A stretch of DNA of 64,000 nucleotides from Pecten maximus (GCF_902652985.1 NC_047031.1:26164001-26228000), one strand, 5' to 3'; counted from the stretch's first letter, positions 1 to 13,686 are shown. Notes: a model not told the origin generated them from the letters alone. Translations and numbers: made by a program.

Positions 1-1028
1 ACATCTATTTATTTGAACTAAGGGGAGATAACTCTACAATGTATATGCTAGTATATCATGTATATGGAATTTTATATCAATATGAATTTATATAAAGGGG
101 AACAACTCTGTATTGTATATTAATGAACAAATATACAGCAAAGTATTACACAGGTAAATTAGGATCATAATGGAAAGTAAAATTTAATAATGCTTGCAGC
201 CCTTAAAAGTTCCTTAGTGGATCTTTATATTGTATGTAGAATATACGGAGAATGTTATTAAATATTTAATAAGAATTGTTGTTATGTTGCCATGGTGACA
301 CGGGTATCCTGTGTTTTAGTATAGGATAATTATCAATAAATGACTCATTCTTGAAGGATAAATCTTTAAATTATAAATGGTGAAAGTATCCTTTATGTCC
401 GTTATCTGAAACATTTATGATGCACATTGATGGGAACCTGAGATCATGTTTCCGGAAACAAAAGTGTATTAAGATCTCACGTCAATGTTGGGAAGGTATC
501 CTAGTAACCTGCTGTGAAATTTGATATACGATTTTCTGTACTTTTAGGGACAGGGCGTAATAAAATGTTCTGATTTTGTTAAAAAGCTGTGAAGACTTCG
601 ATAAATATCTGCCTGATAAAACAATCTATTTAGTGTGAGTTATGTGTGATAATCAGGAGGATGAGGTACTATCATTTACCTACTAACTACCTTGTCAGTA
701 AATTTATCGTTCTATCATCAGACTGTGAGATAAAGCTGTAGCTCTGAATGATAACAATTATACAGTTCAGTACCCTAGACTACTACAACAGAGATGTGGA
801 TTCTCTTCAGCACAACAGAAACTTCTGAAAAAGATTTTAAAAAATGTTTTCAAATATTATGAAAAATTTTGGGTAAAAACTTCAGTGACAGGAAAATATA
901 ATCATCCACAGCAAGACTTCTCCTAATAAAGAAGTGTAATATTTTCCTGTTTTTATTCCTCGACTGTTAAAAGGGCCTCGTGACGTTTTCCTCTCCGTCC
1001 CTCCTGAGATATTTTTGGCTATATTTTT

Positions 1029-1123
1029 TGTCATGCAACATAGTACTGATATCATAAAGCTGTGTAAAAATGAATTGTCATGCAACATAGTACTGATATC
1101 ATAAGGCTGTGTGAAAATGAATT
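1029..1123. repeat. 47-bp tandem duplication (2 copies)
   Basis: TGTCATGCAACATAGTACTGATATCATAA(A/G)GCTGTGT(A/G)AAAATGAAT starts at 1029 and 1076. Confidence 0.9.
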
Positions 1124-1825
1124 ATCAGTTTTAACTTCACTTTGTCATCTCCTTTTTTGAGCTACTTTGCCTTGGATGTAACATGATATTTGCCTGAAAG
1201 CTATGTCATTTATAACCACTGTAAATTCTGTAGCAAGGATGTTCAAAGTTTATATCTACATGATCAATACACATTTTGCTGTCTTTTATAGATTCTCATT
1301 TGATTAATCAGAACTCCAAAAAAATATTCATTACAAGCATTACGACAGTTCCCATGGATACAATTATGATATCATAACCGACAAACACACAAAATGGCAT
1401 ATATAGTCTTTAAATCACACTTCTCTCTAGTTATACAGTTTGTATGGTGGTATGTTGTCATAAATATTGGTTGGTGACTGACCGTTGTGGTCAGATCATC
1501 TTCTCTAGTGTCGGCCCACAGGTGAACATCGCTTGTCATTCATCATGCTTCGGAATATATTTGGAATGCATAACAGGAGTTACGTGTTTTTTCTGGTATT
1601 TTTTTCCAGTATTTTTTCCGGTGTCACATTGTAGCATTCCTGGACTATTATGAGGGATTTCTTGAGCTGTTAATTATCCACATTCCAGAATTCTGTTCCA
1701 ATTTGAAATTATTTCATATTTATATTTTAAGACATTAATCCAAAAATGTGCAGTTTACATCTGAATTAATCTATTTTCTTCCCAAAATGACAAAAAACGT
1801 TTCCAGAGTATTGAAAAAAGCCTTG

Positions 1826-1878
1826 CAGTCTGAGGTTGTCCAATCTGAGGTTGTCCAATCTGAGGGTTGTCCAGTCTA
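1826..1878. repeat. 15-bp tandem repeat (~3 copies)
   Basis: TCTGAGGTTGTCCAA is repeated. Confidence 0.85.
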
Positions 1879-4223
1879 AGTGAAAATTGAAGTTTTACCA
1901 AAAATTATAAAAACCATTCCTCATACCACAAATGTAGCCGTTTCTTCAACAAAATAAATCATATCAAATAACTTTTCCTATCTTAATATATGCACTATTG
2001 TAGATCCTTGTAAAGATAAATACCTCTTTAAAATGTTTGGAAAACTCATCAATATCAGGTAAATGCTTGTCACATTATTCTATAAATTACAAAATAAAAT
2101 CCTTGAAGTCGTTTTGTTTATTGAAACATTTAATTTAGTACCAGGTTGTAAAGTAAAGTTTGGAATAGAGCTGTTTTGTGATGTCTACTGTTTAGAATAC
2201 ACAAAAACAAATTTAAAACTGTCTATAGTTGTCCAAAAATATGTTATAGAACATTGTGCATACTGTATGAAATTTATTTGAATCTTGAATGACAAAGAAC
2301 TCATTTGATATTATCATATAGTGAAGGAAAAAAATTGCTTAAACTGCAATGATTTAGTTGATGATTAAAATTCATTCCAATGTTTAACAAATAAAGTGTT
2401 AACAGGAAAGGGATGTTTATACGGTTCACACATCAATTGCAGATTAAAAAGAAAATTAAAATGTTTTCAGTCTTTTATCGGCAGTGTAATATGTAAGGGA
2501 GATAATTGAGTTTGTATTGCCGGTGTATGTATTAAATGAGTTTTTGTAATGTTCCTGCAATACAGACACTAATCTTCTGTCAATTTTCATGTTCATTTCA
2601 ACAAGGATGTCAGTTATATCTTATCGAACCCAGCCCTTTTACAGATAAGTGACATAATGAAATTTTAAAGTGTTGAGAGTGTTTTTAGATATATGTGATG
2701 TCTGTCAAAACATACCTATGATAATTACCCCTCTTCTTCATAGTAGCAGGATCCAAATACATCTAATGGGCTGGTCTATTGTCAATTTATAGGAATGCAT
2801 ACACATTATGGAATAGATTAGATTTGTCGGTTTAAATTCTGTTATCTCTGTAATTGAGCCTTAAGGTTAAAGGTCAAATGATACCTATTGTATCGGTCAC
2901 ATGATCAGTCTGCAGGCGAGCATGACATTGGAGAATGATCTGTTATGAGATATGTGGAAGGGTTTATTTTGTCATGATTTTTAAATGTCTGTACAGAGAA
3001 AGTGTCACATGTGATTACCAGATTATTGGGCTATATCATATGTCCTTATTTAGTATCGCGTGTCAGATGTAATAAGATACCAAATTAAATTGTCATTAAC
3101 ATACACATCTCAATTTTACTCCGAAATCCTCATTCATGTAACATTATTTTTATCTGGGTAACACAGAACCACACAGAACTTTTTACACGGACGTTGGACC
3201 TCCCGCATCCCGTATATCGTTTTTATTTGTTTTGTTTTGAATTTAGTAATGTTTGCAGTTTAGTCACATAGGCTGCACTAAATCATTTTATAAACTTCAA
3301 AAACTATTAATTCTACAGCAATTAAAAAAACATGGCCACACCCTCTATATCAACTCAGATCTTATGTGTTGGTTCCCTTACAACAGGACAATATCAATAT
3401 GTTGTATATAGAGTCTATAGTGGCCAGGTGTGGATGTTGTCAATTTCGAGCATAAAAATGAATTAAAATCATCAAAATAAAACATTTCATAAAATAAATT
3501 TTACTATTTCAATGAAATGCAAGATATTAAAAGCTACCAATAATATTGTTTAGAAATTAAAAAAAACATATTTTCTAAAATAAAAAAAAAAAAAGATCTA
3601 AAAATATGTTGACTCTGTTATGGTATTGTTGGTAGTAGTCAGCTGCATGGGACACATGTTTGTCGGGAATCACAATGAATGTTTTATTTTGAAGCTAAAT
3701 TCTATTATACTCATGTTTTCATGTTTGAGTTGCATAATCTCCTGAACCTTGTGTGAAAAACTACAAATTGTGGTATGGGTTGTAAAGTTACACAATCTAC
3801 CATATTGTACATAATAAAAGGGCACCTGTTTTGGGAGGGAATATTTAATGTAAAATTCAAATGATTCTGATAAAATATTCCAGGTTTATTCTATTTCTGG
3901 TTTGATAATGTCCCAGTTGTCCAGTTTGCTTCTTAAATATATTAATTCTGTGAAAACAGTTCCATCAGAATATTTTGAATAAAATAAGGTTCTATAAAGC
4001 GTTAAATTCAGCTGATACATTTGTCATTGTAAGTCTTATATTTCAAAATCTTAGAAACTGTTGGAAATATTATGGAAATTACAACTTTATATACCTGTTT
4101 GGATCAGCAGATTTTTGGTTATGCTATTTAAAAAATAAAATCTTCACTTAAGCCAAAAAAATTGGTACTGCAGATTGCAAAATGTGCTTGAAAATAAACT
4201 AGAGGTTACAGCTCATAACTGGT

Positions 4224-4259
4224 TGTTTAGTGAGGTAGCCACCAGCTACTACAAGGAGA
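4224..4259 (+). repeat. Dispersed ~36-bp motif, copy 1
   Basis: The sequence is TGTTTAGTGAGGTAGCCACCAGCTACTACAAGGAGA, with near-identical copies at 6312 and 29398. Confidence 0.85.
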
Positions 4260-6311
4260 TTCCACCTCAAAACAATTATGGCTTTCAAGGGTGAAAATCA
4301 AGAAAACAAACAAACACAGCATTCCTCATATGTGTTTTGAAAATTAAGATTTCTTTGTAACATCTTAAATTCTTCTTAAGAAGAATGGTTTGTTTAAAAA
4401 CAACAACTTGTCCTTGATCTGAAAAAAAGGAAGGAAAAGTAGAGCCTGATGTACCAGTGTAATCGCCATGGTAATGCATGACTAAGTTCCTGATGAGGCT
4501 GTACTCCACAAACCAGACCCCAACATTAAGTATATCTTACCATCCACCACAGACCCAGGCCAAACTGCCATACAGTTAATGATGCAGAAAGAAAATGACA
4601 AGCTTTTTATGGCCCCTGATTCAGGGTCTCCTGCATGCTTGACAGTGTTATTATCTTTGTGCCTCATTTAAGACTGATCACTTCATTCAAAAATCTGGAG
4701 TCCTACTGTCTCCTGGGGAAAATAAGAAAAAAAATATGTAAAAAATCTCACAACATGACAGTAGTTATCAAACTGGCTAGTAGTTAAGGGTGTATGCTAC
4801 CATACTGTAACGAGAGTCTGCCTGATAAAAGAGTTTCACACAACGACTCTTGTACTGGAATATGTAACTTGATGTAATTCATTCATGGGTGATTATTAAT
4901 TAAAGCTGATTAGATTTCTAAATGAGAAAATCATTTTAGTGTGTAATTTCATAAGTGACATAATCATGCTGTCAAGTTAAGAGGTAACATATTTTACCAT
5001 CAGAGATGTAGAATGTCTATGATATACCTACTGTTCTTATATAAAAAAAACATATTGGCTATCATATTTGCAGGATATCTACTTCATCAACATATATAAG
5101 ATTTACAGGAGATTTACTAAACAAAGCATCAATTTTAGCCGTCAGTGTTTTAGGATTTCTACCATACAAACAATACATCTACCAAACTGACTATCAGAAT
5201 GGTAGGTTATCTGTTAGCAGCTATGGCTAAACAATTTTAATGTTGTGTTGGGGATCTACATAGATATTGAGTAATACATACATGTATGCTATTGTGTTTG
5301 ATAGATAATATTCTGATATGTCGAGACAATCCCTCACTTTTGATCGTCAAAATTCCATCTCACAGTTATAATCTTTAACTGTAGATTTTCTCCTCCAGTA
5401 ATACAACAGAGTTATAATTTGTAATCCTGGTTCCTTTTTACGGGGTTGAATTTTTACATTAAATTTGACGTTTGGTTGTGTAAGCTTGGTGAAATGAGTT
5501 GGTTTATACTAGATGTCGGACAGATTTTAAATCCGAATTCCTTCTGTGTCAGTCAAAAATTCACCTGTCATTGCTTTCTCATAAATATGAGTAAATTAAA
5601 ATTTTACAATTGTGTCAGTGAATTATACAATGTATAAAGGCTTGTGACATCACAATTTGTTATTACATTGACACTCTCATACAATCGTCTTTACGTAGGA
5701 TTTCATTTTTTTTTTACGACAAATGGTTGATTTAGTTTACTTGTCTGAAATTATCATTATTTATAAATTCTGATACAGACATGTCACAGTGTTTCTACTT
5801 TAAGCTGTTTATTGAACTTTCATGTTCAATTATCATTGAATCAACTTTTTAATATCAAATTTTTCGGATATTAAATTTTGATTTCATGAGCTCATATTAT
5901 CCTGTCCAATTTTCCCAAAACAGCTAAAGAAAAAAAGCGGTTGTTTGATGTCTTTTCTCTTGATTAATTCTTTATCTGGCAGAGTTTATGACTTTTTATA
6001 ATCCCAAAATACCGTAATTAAATGTCTGACGGCTGAAAATATTGATCAGCTCAATAGTACAAAATTCCAAAGCTTCTGTGTTAAGATTGATCTGACTTCA
6101 AAATCCAGATCAGTTTTGTCTATCAAGGTGATGAGACAAAGTTCTGCAGATAGGAACCTGTTTAAGTTCGATTTCAAGGTCATTCATTAATCTGTGTAGT
6201 AAATAAAAGATATGTCATTCAATTAAAAAATACAGACATGTTCACAGATATTTCCTTTTTTAGTGTAAATCTCAGTTGCTCTTGATAGAATGCTACATAC
6301 CTCCTGTATAA

Positions 6312-6349
6312 TGTTCAGTGAGGTAGCCACCAGCTACTACAATCAGAGA
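6312..6349 (+). repeat. Dispersed ~36-bp motif, copy 2
   Basis: The sequence is TGTTCAGTGAGGTAGCCACCAGCTACTACAATCAGAGA. Confidence 0.85.
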
Positions 6350-9300
6350 TTGGTTGTTCATGAGGCAATAAACCCAGCCAGCCAACAAATGTTCTTGTGT
6401 GATGATGTATCGACTGTTTCCTGTATCGTCACAGCTGTTCCTCACTGACACTTCAACATCATCAATAATTCTTTTTTATTCTTTCAAGGTCAAGGTTATT
6501 TAAGAATTGAGAAATTGAGTTATTTTAACAGGACAGTTGAGATACACTTATGGTACTATGTAGTATATGTCCAGTTTCCTTCCAAGATAGAAATAGAGAA
6601 ATTAAATTCTAGACTTTTGTATTTTACAAAATATTCTTTACTTTGTGAACCTTGTGTCAAATTTGACTTCACACTGGATATGAGTAAGCTGACAACCTCC
6701 TCATTTACAATTATATACATTTTATTTGTATAAATAGATTATATACATACTGGTATACCTATTGTGAGACCATGGTTAAAGATTCACTATATAAACCTGA
6801 AGGTCACCATGCCAACATTCTTTGCCAATGAATAGCAGATATTATACAAATCTCTCTTCCTTGATACCAGAAAAAGATTAAGTTCATCGGGATTATTTCT
6901 CATGGGCTGTGGAATTATTTCTTGGAAAATGTGAAGCACCACAAACTAATTTGTAACTCCACATAGAAAGAAGATAATACATTTTTTTGTGATGCACTCA
7001 AACGCAATTGATCAAATTACAGTTAATGATAAACTAGTAAGTAATTTCTAATTATTTTGCACGGAACGACAGATAAGAACTAGAGCCTTAATGATCTGCT
7101 ACATCAGGAAAACAGGAAGGATTTCAGCCTTATGTAACACCTGTCTGACAGTTGTTGTTGTTCCTCTTTCATGTTAAAGCTTATCTTCACAGAGACGATG
7201 CAAACATTTCAAGGAGTCAGATGTCACAAGTATATTGAGGGTCATGGTATACTTTCAATCATTTAACTTGAATGTTTTAACAATTCGTCAAGGATTAAAG
7301 GATAAAAAGTGAATGATAAAATCATAATCAAACGATCAAAACAATTAAAATTGAAAAAAAAAAAGTTCACCCAAAATTAGGGCAGTTGAAATTGATGTTA
7401 TATGGCTGATGATTAAGTAATTTCGCAATATATTAGTAAATATAAAATTAGATAAGAAATAAAAACTTCTGGAATTATTTAAATTGGATGTAATATAATG
7501 TGGCTGACAAAGTAGTGGAGACTGACATACAGTATTGTTTTATAACAGTACATCATGGTATGATTCACCATTCGCCCAGTCTTAGAACCTTGTACTGTCG
7601 ATCTGGCAGTCTGTACATATGCTCTCATATAAAATTCTCTATTTCGCAATGTGGTCTGTGCCGAAAGTTTTGGCAAGTAGCAACAAGCCAGAACTGGATC
7701 AATGCATGTATCCCTGACAAATCTGACTCTTCTTCCTTCATGCAAAGTCAATGGGTGGAACCAGATTCAGATAAACACTTGAAAGACCCAGGGCAGGTTG
7801 AAGGTCAAGGTTAAAGGTCATGTGCTGCGTCTGCATTTTGGATTAGGGTGTTTTTTGAGGGTCTGGTATCTGAGTTGAGATATGGCTTATTAAACCCACC
7901 CACTCCTTGGTCCTATATGACAGAGATGATTTCTAAATCTGTTTGTTTTATAATTGACGGCCAACTCATGCGATGCTTGTCTGTCAAACTGTGTTTGCTT
8001 GTTATATTTTAATGTAGATCTTGATGTCTTGTTTTAAGATGGAAAGTGACGTCTGGCATTAGCAACTCTCAACATTTAAATTGATTTGAATATGAGTTTT
8101 ACTCCATACACACATGGAAAGTGTTGGTAAAGAGGTTTATAATCAGATATTTAAATCGTGTACGATTAAGTTAAATAGGCCTTGAGTGATATGAATTTAT
8201 ACCGTAATGGTGAACCTGAAATAGATCGCCTGACCTAACACTATACTGTGACCCTACATATTTTTGCGTACTAAAATTTTAGTGCATCATCAAATTCTTA
8301 CAGCATATTATCATGTGAAATGTTAGCTGTGTATTGCTCATATGTTGTATTCAAAATCTTGAAAAATACCAGAAAAAAGTTCTTACTGAATTCATAGTTG
8401 CAAAACTGTTTAAAACTTCCATCGGGGAGATTTTGGTTGAAGCCTCAGATTAAAGTACATTTATAGTACCAAGAAGTAGAGTATACTGTGTATATCCGAC
8501 TCCTTTAAATGTTTGTATGTAATTAACTATCATCACTATGACGATAAGCTTTAACATTAAAGAGCAACTATTTTCAAGCCTCAGAAAAGTACATTCATCT
8601 GAATCCTTTAAATGTTTGTATACAGTATACTTTAACATTAAAGTCAGCAGCAAGATTTCAAACCTCATGATGAAAAGTACATTTATAGACCTACCCATGA
8701 CAAACTGATATCTTAAAACAACAACAGTAAACTTCAATCTGCTCTTTCTGCTGGAGTAATTGGATTTTGGAAGTTTAAGTGTTATAAAGAAATTCTACTG
8801 TTAATTTATGTCTTAATATTAAAGTAAAAAACAGAGTTTTTCTCCTAAATTGGAAGGGCTGGCAGCTCTGTAGATTAGTACAGTATTGAACTGGCTCACC
8901 CACATGGAATGTTAAATGAGTTGATGCAGTCATGTAGTATGTCAGATATCCTCCGTAACTCATGTTCGGGGATACAGCAGTAACATTATATGGACACAAG
9001 TGTTAGATTCTATTTATCATATAATTCCATCAACTTGATAACAAATGCTTCCCCTCGATATAGTAACCAGTTTGGTGGAAGAACACCAGAATCTTACTTG
9101 GGTCTGGAGACGGGGATATCTAACCAAGTGGTAGAGTCTATGTTTGTCACCCAAACTCTTACATGATCATTTAAATGTCTTTGTCCGCTGAACAGGCCCA
9201 TGTTTGATTATTTTTCTCACATGCTTAAAAAAGTGTTACAAATTGTAAGCTGTGAAACCTGTTCATCGCCTCAACTTCAACATCCCATGAAATGTATGAC

Positions 9301-9519
9301 AAAATTGATGATTTTATCAATTTGTGAAGTGGTTACTTTATAAAAAAGGAAGATGTTATGCTTTTGTGAGTGGCATCATAGTGTGTGCCAGATATCTTTT
9401 CCCTTCCTTAGCAACCACGATTCCAATAACGAGATTTATATTCATTACATGACACATGTTTTTACATGTGCATTAATTTCATATTAAACTATAAAAATGT
9501 ATGTATATCAAAGATAATA

Positions 9520-9554
9520 GCTAATATGTTTTCTTTTTATCTTTTCAGGTAAGT
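9520..9554 (+). promoter_or_regulatory. Candidate recursive splice site 1 (zero-length exon, AG|GTAAGT at 9548/9549)
   Basis: The sequence is gCTAATatgttttctttttatcttttcAG|GTAAGT. It has a branchpoint-like CTAAT (9521-9525), a ~20-nt pyrimidine tract and a CAG acceptor directly abutting a perfect GTAAGT donor. Confidence 0.7.
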
Positions 9555-11459
9555 GTCTTTTATCAACAGTATTGGATGGTATGGTGGATAGAGTGAAAAG
9601 TAGGTTACTGTGACAGTATACTGATGACTTCCTGTGTGTAAAGTAGGTCACTGTGGTAATACTTTTGAGGCTTTCATGGTAAAATACTTGGTTTAAATAG
9701 GTTACTGTTTCCAGGTTACAGTTGAAGTTGCAGCAGAATTTTTCATCATGAAAATAAAGGCCCTGGGCAGTGATAGCACATCTTAAATTTACTGTAGGCT
9801 TTGTGTAAAGGAGCATTTCTCAAAAGATTATTGCTCAGGAATCTGATGTTTGTCAAGAAGGTCTTTTGGGGGTCTATCATTGATGATGTGGAGTTCAATA
9901 TTAATTACCTTGAATTTCTGAGGTGTTTTGAACCGTACCATATTGTCCTGCTTGAAGCTTGCCCTCGACTCAAAGTTTATGTTTTGGACCAGACTTGAGA
10001 TTATTACTGATTAAATAAGATATGACACATTATAACAGATATAAGATGTGGTTAACCGATGATGTGACAAGTGTTTGACCCAGTTACAATGTACTACCTG
10101 TACTGATAAGTCGGAGAATCAAATCACAACCTGTTTAAAATTGTCAATCTTAACGCCAAGACAGAGTTCCTTAGTCGGAGATTAGAACAGTATCCTCTAT
10201 CTTAGTAATGTTGACACTATACTTAATATACTTCTGGATAAGGTCAGAGGTCAGCTTGATTGTTAAGTTGTAGTAGTGTTCGTGTAGAGTCAGTCAAATG
10301 ACATTAGAGTTTTCTCCCCTGGTTCAATACTAACTCAGGTAAATTTCGGTATAAAAACATTTGATGATGGTTTAATGGTTTATTTTTTCTTGATTTTATG
10401 ATATACAAATGAACAATTTCAACAGACTGATTTGGACATAGATTTCAATTTTTATGCGTTCAATTAACAAAATCCTCTTAGATTTTTCGTTCTGGTAGAA
10501 TCGTTCAACATAGACGTTCGCCAATTAGAAAGATAAGTGAAATGTTTAAATAATGTTAATTCAGACTTTGACTTAAAACACTATTAAAATGACAGCACCT
10601 TAAACCCAGTGCTTTTTACAATTTGTAATAAAAAATATTTGTAAAATAAATGAAAATATTTGTAAAAATAAGCTATTTTATAACTTTTGTATAACTACGT
10701 CCCTGTCAATAAACTCGTACTCAAACTTGTCAGCCGTAGTGGAGGTACAGTGGGTCTTTAAAGACTGTAAACGGTATTTCACAACAGTTGGGAATCGAGA
10801 TGTTATATCGGCTCATATTGATCACACTATCTCCGATGGAAAGTGTGGGAGGTCTCTTTGTAATTACTTCGGTAGAAAACTGAGTTCTGTGGGTGGTGTG
10901 TTCTCTATTTCGTCACCTGACCACCAATTTATATATTTCACAATGCTTCCAATACAGCATATTAACATTTATATGTTTGGGTTTATATATGAAAAATGCC
11001 CATGTTTAGTTTTAAAATCTGGGCAACAGTTTCTGCTTGTAGTTGACTATTCATGTACAGGAACTGTTGTGATATGTTTGGAGCTTGGCGCTCATTCTTG
11101 GTCAGCAGTCTTCCGGATCTATAGACTGTGTAAGCCTCTTTGCGACCCAGAAGTCTGTTGATACCGGATTAACGGCACTTTCCAAAACAGCCTTCTTTAA
11201 CCGTTACATCTGTGCCATTGTTTGAGGAAATCATAATTCGCCACCCCGGGATACAAAACCACCCTCACTTGACCTGGGTTAGTACGGGAGTAAATCGGCT
11301 CTCTTTTAACAATCCTTCTAAACGTTTGTATTTAGTTGAGGATCAAGGCATAAGACAGACTATTTAAGATTTACTTAGAGAAGGTGCTGAAAATTAAAGG
11401 TGCCCGCTTACCTGTGTAATCTGGCTTTAGGGTACAGCTGAGTCAGCACGTATGCTATG

Positions 11460-11753
11460 GACTTGTCATAGTAATACAAAACATATCTCACTTTTGTCTC
11501 ATAAAGTTTGTAGAATGTCAGGTATAATATTATAGACCTGTCGTAGTAATACAGGTACAAAGCTCGCTGTTGTCTCACAAAGTTTGTAGAATGTCAGGTA
11601 TAATATTATAGACTTGTCGTAGTAATATAAAACATATCTCGCTGTTGTCTCAAAGTTTGTAGAATGTCAGGTAAAATATTATAGACTTGTCGTAGTAATA
11701 TAAAACATATCTCGCTGTTGTCTCACAAAGTTTGTAGAATGTCAGGTAAAATA
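11460..11753. repeat. ~74-bp tandem repeat (4 copies)
   Basis: The unit GACTTGTCGTAGTAATATAAAACATATCTCGCTGTTGTCTCACAAAGTTTGTAGAATGTCAGGTATAATATTATA starts at about 11460, 11535, 11611 and 11684. Confidence 0.9.
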
Positions 11754-12097
11754 CTGAGCAATATTTGTCGACTTTATGCAGAAAAAAGGAAATTTTCTAA
11801 AGATCTTTGTCATTAATGAAAAGACTTTTGAGGATTTAAAAGATATATCGTGTGGAGGTCGACATTTACATCCTAGGGTGATAGTCCTGTATGATGTAAT
11901 TGTGTTGTACAATCGTAGTTTTATTCAAAACGAGTTCGTTGTAATTAATGCCCTGGAGAAATACATAGCATTATGAAGTTCATTGTGATGAAGGTTTTAT
12001 ACTGATAAAACATCTTTTCCTCCATTTAAATCCCCCAAGGTGAATATAATAAAAATGGCATGAAAAAGATTGTTGGAGAGGTCCTTTTGAAATGCTA

Positions 12098-12283
12098 TAC
12101 AGTCAAATCTGTCATATATGATCTTCTAAGGGAAGCGATGAAAAAGGTCACATATGACAGGTGGTCTCTTAATCCAGGTTCTGGTAACTATAGTAAAACT
12201 AAAAAACATTGGGAGGGACAAAAATGGTCATATATGAGAGAAAGTCGCTTATTCAGGTTGTCTCTGAGGCAGGTTAGACTGTA
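12098..12283. mobile_element. MITE (Tc1/mariner-type, TA-flanked)
   Basis: TA-CAGTCAAATCTG at the left end and CAGGTTAGACTG-TA at the right end form imperfect 12-bp TIRs with TA dinucleotides on both sides. It is about 185 bp and non-coding. Confidence 0.7.
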
Positions 12284-12424
12284 TTTGTATGATGATAATA
12301 GCTGTTTTCACAGTACTGTTACTTAGTAGTATTAGTCCTTGTTGTAGGCAGTAACACAGAGGACTAGATAGCATTAAGCAATATCTTGACAAGATGAAAA
12401 TCAGATTAATTTATTTACTGGGGT

Positions 12425-12648
12425 TAATATTTCACGGGACTCACTTCAGATATTTCACATGGCTCATATTTCACAGGGGTGATATTTAATGAGACCAATA
12501 TTTCATGGGGCCGATATTTCACACGGCTAATATTTCACAGGGCTGATATTTCATATGGCTATAATATTTCAAAAGGGTAATATTTAATGGGACTAATATT
12601 TCACGGGGCTGATATTTCATGAGATCAATATTTCACGGGGCTAATATT
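12425..12648. repeat. Degenerate ~16-18-bp tandem repeat
   Basis: ATATTTCAC/TGGGGCT-like units recur through the interval. Confidence 0.8.
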
Positions 12649-13388
12649 TTAAGAATGTCCTTGTTGGAGCTATTTCACATTTATTTAATTTAGGCAACCT
12701 TACGTTAATTTTGTATGTCAACTATAGTTACAGGCCTACAATATGTATTTATAATGTATGGTTTCAATATTCAATAAGTAGTTACGGTTGTGCTTTATTT
12801 CATGACCTCCAAAATATAATAACCAAATATTACCTTTTATACGGTAACTATCTTATCAGCTTTTCTAATACCTTATATAAAAAAAGGATTGCTTTGTTAA
12901 ATTTGTCTCGTATTCTTAATAAAAATGTCTTTTCAATAAAAGGTTGCCATGCCGTTGACTATCACAAATCACCAGGTTTTATGTTTAGTGCCCTTTACCA
13001 GATTGTGTTACACTGTTTATTAATCAACTGAGGCCATTAATACATATAAAAGATAAAAAAAAAAGACGTTCTTTATCAAATCATTTGTCTTTGATAGTTC
13101 GTGTGTACTCATAGCATTAACTTCTACATTCATATCCATTTGGACGGGAAAATGTGCCGTCTTGAATTGAAAATGTTCTGTTTTATGGAGGATTAATGTA
13201 TTTAAAAGCTCCAAAGGAAATTAAAACAATCGCTATTTTATTTAATATTTGACATTTAAATACCAGTTGTTTTTTTCTTGTGTAAATTTTCTGTGTAAAA
13301 GGGAGACAACTCTGGTTTTTTGAAAAGGGAAATGAAGATGCAAAGACTTGACTCCTGACTGAGCTAATCTGTGTAGACACAGGGAAAC

Positions 13389-13596
13389 TTTGGTTTATTT
13401 TTTGTTTAACGTCCTATTAACAGTCAGGGTCATTTAAAGATGTGCCAGGTTTTGGAGGTGGAGGAAAGTACCTGGAGAAAAAACCCACCGGCCTACGGTC
13501 AGTACCTGGCAACTGCCCCACGTAGGTTTCAAGCTCGCAACCCAGTGGTGGAGGGCTAGTGATAAAGTGTCGGGACACCTTAACCACTCAGCCACC
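13389..13596 (-). mobile_element. tRNA-derived SINE, V-domain-like core, degenerate
   Basis: On the minus strand there is an A box TGGCTGAGTGG (13584-13594), a degenerate B box GCTTGAAACC, a core GTGGGTTTTTTCTCCAGGTACTTTCCTCCAC resembling the V-SINE domain, and a tail ending GCTGTTAATAGGACGTTAAACAAAAAATAAACCAAA-like. Confidence 0.8.
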
Positions 13597-13686
13597 GTCC
13601 TCATCAGACCCTGGCGGTTGGTGTCTGCCCGACACCTGTTCCGTCCTAATATAACACTTTGATGTTGTGAGGACATCGGACCCTGT
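13597..13686. mobile_element. Short inverted-repeat-bounded element abutting the SINE 5' end
   Basis: It carries an inverted repeat GTCCTCA (13597) / TGAGGAC (13668-13674), an internal hairpin GGTGTC-TGCCC-GACACC and a direct repeat CATC(A/G)GACCCTG. It is homologous to the 51.5-kb minisatellite unit. Confidence 0.45.

Noticed and set aside
4223-4275. let-7 family pre-miRNA
   Set aside because: Only the first 8 nt (TGAGGTAG) match let-7. The rest differs and the hairpin is branched or short. It is kept only as a dispersed motif.
10727-11161. 144-aa ORF in unique sequence
   Set aside because: It has a non-ATG start, no recognisable domain and no flanking splice signals. Its length is compatible with chance.
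13520-13596. tRNA gene (also 62150-62215)
   Set aside because: The A and B boxes are degenerate and continue into SINE core and tail sequence, and there is no complete cloverleaf.
13597-13615. Hammerhead ribozyme core (minus-strand CTGATGAG; also + strand at ~4490)
   Set aside because: I found no properly placed GAAA and stem II/III, and the array version reads CAGATGAG.
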